Part shown: positions 58,098 to 64,000 of the stretch, piece by piece
Numbering within the stretch: the stretch's first letter is position 1
Layout: the number at the start of each line of letters is the position of its first letter
From: Parcubacteria group bacterium GW2011_GWA1_56_13
GTDB lineage: Bacteria > Patescibacteriota > Minisyncoccia > Phycocordibacterales > Phycocordibacteraceae
Length of the DNA: 64,000 nt
Reading direction: 5' to 3'
NCBI GenBank assembly: GCA_001004905.1
Contig: LCRY01000002.1
Coordinates: forward strand, 115,577 to 179,576
The notes under the pieces: model-generated
The model's database searches: none
Told to the model about the DNA's origin: nothing
Seen by the model: the letters and a program-made list of their open reading frames with translations, nothing else
Position numbers and translations under genes: made by a program

Positions 58098-58616
58098 ATG
58101 ACCATTCCTCCCAAAAAGCCGTTACGTTCCCTCGCGACGCCCATTCTCGCGCTTGTGCTCGGCGTCGGCCTCTCCATCGGCGCCACGTATGTCTACGCCT
58201 GGACCGGCCCCACCGGCACCGCTCCGAACAACAACACGCCCCCGCCGATAAACACGAGCGCCACGGCGCAAACGAAGTCGGGGGGATTGACGGCTGGCTG
58301 GATGCAAGCGCCGATTTTCTACGATTCTAACAACGCCGGCTACTACCTCGACCCGAACGGCACGAGCCGGGTGGGCCAGGCGAACGCCGACAACACCTAC
58401 ACGTACGGCAACGAGAACGCAAACGACTACTATGTCCGTGCCGTAGGCAGATGGGCGAGCGCCCCCGCCGTTTCCATGGATTGCTATGATACGGGATATT
58501 ATCAGGGTAACTATTGTGATGGTGGTGGATATAAATTTTGCAGAACCTGTGTGAATAACACCTGCTCAAATTATGTCATGATTAGCAACACTTGCGGAGG
58601 AATGGGTTCCATTTGA
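58098..58616 (+). CDS. Secreted cysteine-rich protein (signal peptide ...ATYVYA|WTGPTGTAP; 6+ Cys in the C-terminal 45 aa)
   Basis: Sec-type signal with an AxA site; paralog of 56958-57448. C-terminal CYDTGYYQGNYCDGGGYKFCRTCVNNTCSNYVMISNTCGG. Confidence 0.55.
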   Translation: MTIPPKKPLRSLATPILALVLGVGLSIGATYVYAWTGPTGTAPNNNTPPPINTSATAQTKSGGLTAGWMQAPIFYDSNNAGYYLDPNGTSRVGQANADNTYTYGNENANDYYVRAVGRWASAPAVSMDCYDTGYYQGNYCDGGGYKFCRTCVNNTCSNYVMISNTCGGMGSI

Positions 58617-58631
58617 ACAAACGAATAAAAA

Positions 58632-59945
58632 ATGAAACCGCAGCACGAACACTTTCTCTCGCATGCCATCCGGTCCGTTTTCCTGCTAGCGGTGGTTGTT
58701 TTTGCTTCCTATTATTTTTCCGTATCGTACCTGCCCCGTGCACAGGCGAGCGCGACCGATTCGCTCTCGGGTTATGCCTGGAGCGACAACGTCGGCTGGA
58801 TATCGTTCAACTGTACCAACACCGGCAGCTGCGGGACTTCGAATTATGGCGTCACGGTAAACCCCACGAACGGCGAAATGTCTGGTTACGCTTGGAGCGA
58901 CAATGTCGGATGGTTCTCCTTCCAGCCGGGGGACGTGGCCGGATGCCCGCAGGCGCCCTGTACGCCAAAAGTAAATCAGGGGAACGGAACGGTTACCGGG
59001 TGGTTCCGCGCCCTTGCGAACGGCGGCGGCTGGGACGGCTGGGTGTCGCTCTCCGGCGTAACAGTAAGCGGGGTAGCATTTGCCGGTTATGCTTGGGGCT
59101 CGGACGTTGTGGGGTGGGTGAGCATGAGCGGAGTGATGAATACGTTTACCGCGCCCACGGTTTCCTGTTCGGGCGCCCCTTCAACCGCGTACATCGGCCA
59201 GCAGGTTACCTGGAGCTCCTCAGTATCCGGCGGTTCCGGAAGCTATACCTATAGTTGGAGCGGGACAGACGGTCTTTCCGGCACGAGCGCCTCGACTCAA
59301 AAAACCTATTCGACGACCGGCACGAAACAGGGAACAATCGCCGTTACGGATACTGTCTCGGGACAGACCTCGTCCGCTTCCTGCAATGCAGGTGTAGGCG
59401 TGAGCGTCCAATCCTGCAGCGCCTCGCTTTCCGCGAACCCGACGACCGTTGAAGAAGGGCAGAACACGACGCTCTCTTGGAACGTTCCGGGCGGCTCGTC
59501 TTGTGCGGCTTCTTGCTCCGGCAGCGGATTCAACACGGGCGGCGCGCTCTCCGGCTCGACGAACGCCTCTGTCCCTCCAACTCCGCCGTCCACTTCCTAC
59601 GGCCTTACCTGTTCCGGCGGCACGTATGGTCCGCCGCCGCCGGTGAACGTCACCGTCAGCGTCGTCACTCCAACGGCAACCATTACCGCGAACGGCCAAT
59701 CCAATTCCGCGCGCGTGAATCCCAATACTCCTAACAACACTACCGTCGCATGGTCATCCACGAACGCCTCGTCGTGCGCCGTTACCAAAAACGGTAACGC
59801 CTGGAGAAACGGCCTCAGCGACCCCGGCAGGACCGATTCGGTCACGACCCAGAGCACCTACGCGCTCGACTGCGTGAATGACCACGGCACGCACGCGACC
59901 GACTCCGTCATCGTAAACGTGATACCTGGCTTCCAGGAGTTCTAG
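58632..59945 (+). CDS. Secreted repeat protein: 3x [10 protein letters not shown](I/F)SF repeats followed by Ser/Thr-rich Ig-like (…SWS…G/…C…) modules
   Basis: Signal/[31 protein letters not shown]. Three ~45-aa repeats. Downstream repeats [33 protein letters not shown]. Confidence 0.6.
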   Translation: MKPQHEHFLSHAIRSVFLLAVVVFASYYFSVSYLPRAQASATDSLSGYAWSDNVGWISFNCTNTGSCGTSNYGVTVNPTNGEMSGYAWSDNVGWFSFQPGDVAGCPQAPCTPKVNQGNGTVTGWFRALANGGGWDGWVSLSGVTVSGVAFAGYAWGSDVVGWVSMSGVMNTFTAPTVSCSGAPSTAYIGQQVTWSSSVSGGSGSYTYSWSGTDGLSGTSASTQKTYSTTGTKQGTIAVTDTVSGQTSSASCNAGVGVSVQSCSASLSANPTTVEEGQNTTLSWNVPGGSSCAASCSGSGFNTGGALSGSTNASVPPTPPSTSYGLTCSGGTYGPPPPVNVTVSVVTPTATITANGQSNSARVNPNTPNNTTVAWSSTNASSCAVTKNGNAWRNGLSDPGRTDSVTTQSTYALDCVNDHGTHATDSVIVNVIPGFQEF

Positions 59946-60037
59946 TATGGCAGCGTCTCTCCCCGCCGGATTGGCCCCGAAACGGGCCAAATGCTATAGT
60001 GCTACCGTACCTGCCCCGCCACGGGCAGGAAATTTCA

Positions 60038-62710
<2,673 letters not shown>

Positions 62711-62742
62711 GTATTCACGCACGTGATATTCTGAATTCAACT

Positions 62743-63930
62743 ATGCAAGTAGCACTGCAGTCCAATATTTGGAAGTACACAGTGCTTCTCGTTACCAATA
62801 AGCGGGTATTCGTTGCTATACTCGGCGTGTATTACCTCACGATTCCTGGGGTAACTCCTTTTTGGATAGGCATTTTCTTGCTTGCAGGGAATGGTGCATC
62901 GTTTATTTTTGATATCCCAAGTAGTTACATAGCAGATAGGATTGGTCATAAACAAGCAATCGTGTTGTCGCGGGGCATTATATTCTTTTCAACTTTTTTC
63001 TTCCTATTTGCCACGAACGTGTTGTGGCTCGTCATGGGCTCAATACTGCTAAGTATGGGTTTTGCCTTTTTGAGCGGCGTCGGCAGTGCATTCATGCATG
63101 AAACCATGCGCGGACTCAACCGCGACAATGAATACACTGCAGTCATGGGAAAAGTCAGTTCCGTCGGGTTTTTTATCCCTGCAATTATGGCGGCCATTGT
63201 GCCATTTTCCGTCAGCATCAGTTATAAAATTCCATTTATTATCATGCTCGGTCTTGATGTCGTAGGTCTTATCATGGCCCTGTCTCTCGTTCGTCCGGCA
63301 GTGAGTCCCGAGCATGTCGCAGAGGTAAGCGAGACCAAGTTTCTTGAAGTCATCCGTCAGGGTCTTGCTCTGCGCTTCTTCCGTATCGCGACTTTTTCCG
63401 GCGTAGTCAGTGCTCTTATTTACGCAGTAGATGGGTTCCGCGGCCCATATCAACTCTTGCTAGGCATACCGGTCATATGGTTCGGAATATTTTTTGGCAC
63501 AGGACGTGCTCTAGCCGCGCTACTCCTTGCTTACAGCGGCAAGATACGTCACCTGATCGGTAATGTGTACTCATTCCAGCGAGTACAAATCCTTGTGTAC
63601 GGGGCGTTACTTCTCATTCTCGGCCTCATTTCAAACCCTTGGATAGTGGTTATTGTGTTCGTCTTGGATAACGCTCTTCGATATGGATTAAGCCAGGTTG
63701 ACACGGGATATCAGCTCGATATTATTCGGAATCATAAATTTAAAGCGACACTCATTTCTGCGGGTAATCAAATACAAAACGTTATCTCAATGTGCGCCGT
63801 CGGTACAATCGGTATTTCCATAGAACGCTTCGGTTATCAACTCTCGTTTCTCATATTTGCTATTGTATTTCTTGCCATTCAGATTCCGCTCCATTTATTT
63901 ACGTACCGCAACCGTCTTCTAATCGGTTAG
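62743..63930 (+). CDS. MFS-type transporter in an AT-rich (~45% GC) island
   Basis: ~11-12 TM helices. MFS motif A-like ADRIGHKQ. GC far below the flanking DNA. Confidence 0.7.
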   Translation: MQVALQSNIWKYTVLLVTNKRVFVAILGVYYLTIPGVTPFWIGIFLLAGNGASFIFDIPSSYIADRIGHKQAIVLSRGIIFFSTFFFLFATNVLWLVMGSILLSMGFAFLSGVGSAFMHETMRGLNRDNEYTAVMGKVSSVGFFIPAIMAAIVPFSVSISYKIPFIIMLGLDVVGLIMALSLVRPAVSPEHVAEVSETKFLEVIRQGLALRFFRIATFSGVVSALIYAVDGFRGPYQLLLGIPVIWFGIFFGTGRALAALLLAYSGKIRHLIGNVYSFQRVQILVYGALLLILGLISNPWIVVIVFVLDNALRYGLSQVDTGYQLDIIRNHKFKATLISAGNQIQNVISMCAVGTIGISIERFGYQLSFLIFAIVFLAIQIPLHLFTYRNRLLIG

Positions 63931-63932
63931 AT

Positions 63933-64000
63933 ATGCAAAAAAGAGAACTGCATAAATATAATCTGCCAGATGTGCCGGGGGTGTACCTCTTTTTGCAAAA
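63933..64000 (+). CDS. uvrC: Excinuclease ABC subunit C, N-terminal fragment (window edge)
   Basis: MQKRELHKYNLPDVPGVYLF matches the UvrC GIY-YIG N-terminus (L.(D)LP..PGVYlf). Confidence 0.5.
   Translation, partial: MQKRELHKYNLPDVPGVYLFLQ

Overview
High-GC (~60-65%) bacterial chromosome segment, densely coded, mixing housekeeping genes with accessory islands. Housekeeping calls: rnc, a short SMC-like protein, gdh, rnr, rpsP, KH-protein, trmD, rpoB, rpoC, dnaG, rpoD, hisS, prmC, tgt, and uvrB...uvrA...uvrC. Accessory content: a HAS/NodC-type GT2 + CE4 deacetylase + UDP-sugar dehydrogenase exopolysaccharide operon; a minimal type IV pilus locus (pilB-pilC-pilin); a RAYT transposase with REP hairpins; a VirB4/VirD4-clade ATPase with a large membrane partner; a zur-zupT module; and clusters of secreted cysteine-rich proteins. 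Small proteins, a streamlined gene set and a monoderm-style T4P locus suggest Patescibacteria/CPR, but this is inference only. Three things stand out beyond the gene list. An ~88-bp palindromic element occurs twice, once inserted in-frame inside prmC. Many genes have a -10 box 4-8 nt before the ATG with no SD, implying leaderless mRNAs. A 36-nt motif is shared by the trmD and zur promoter regions. No rRNA, tRNA or CRISPR detected. The high GC generates many long antisense ORFs, which I treated as spurious.
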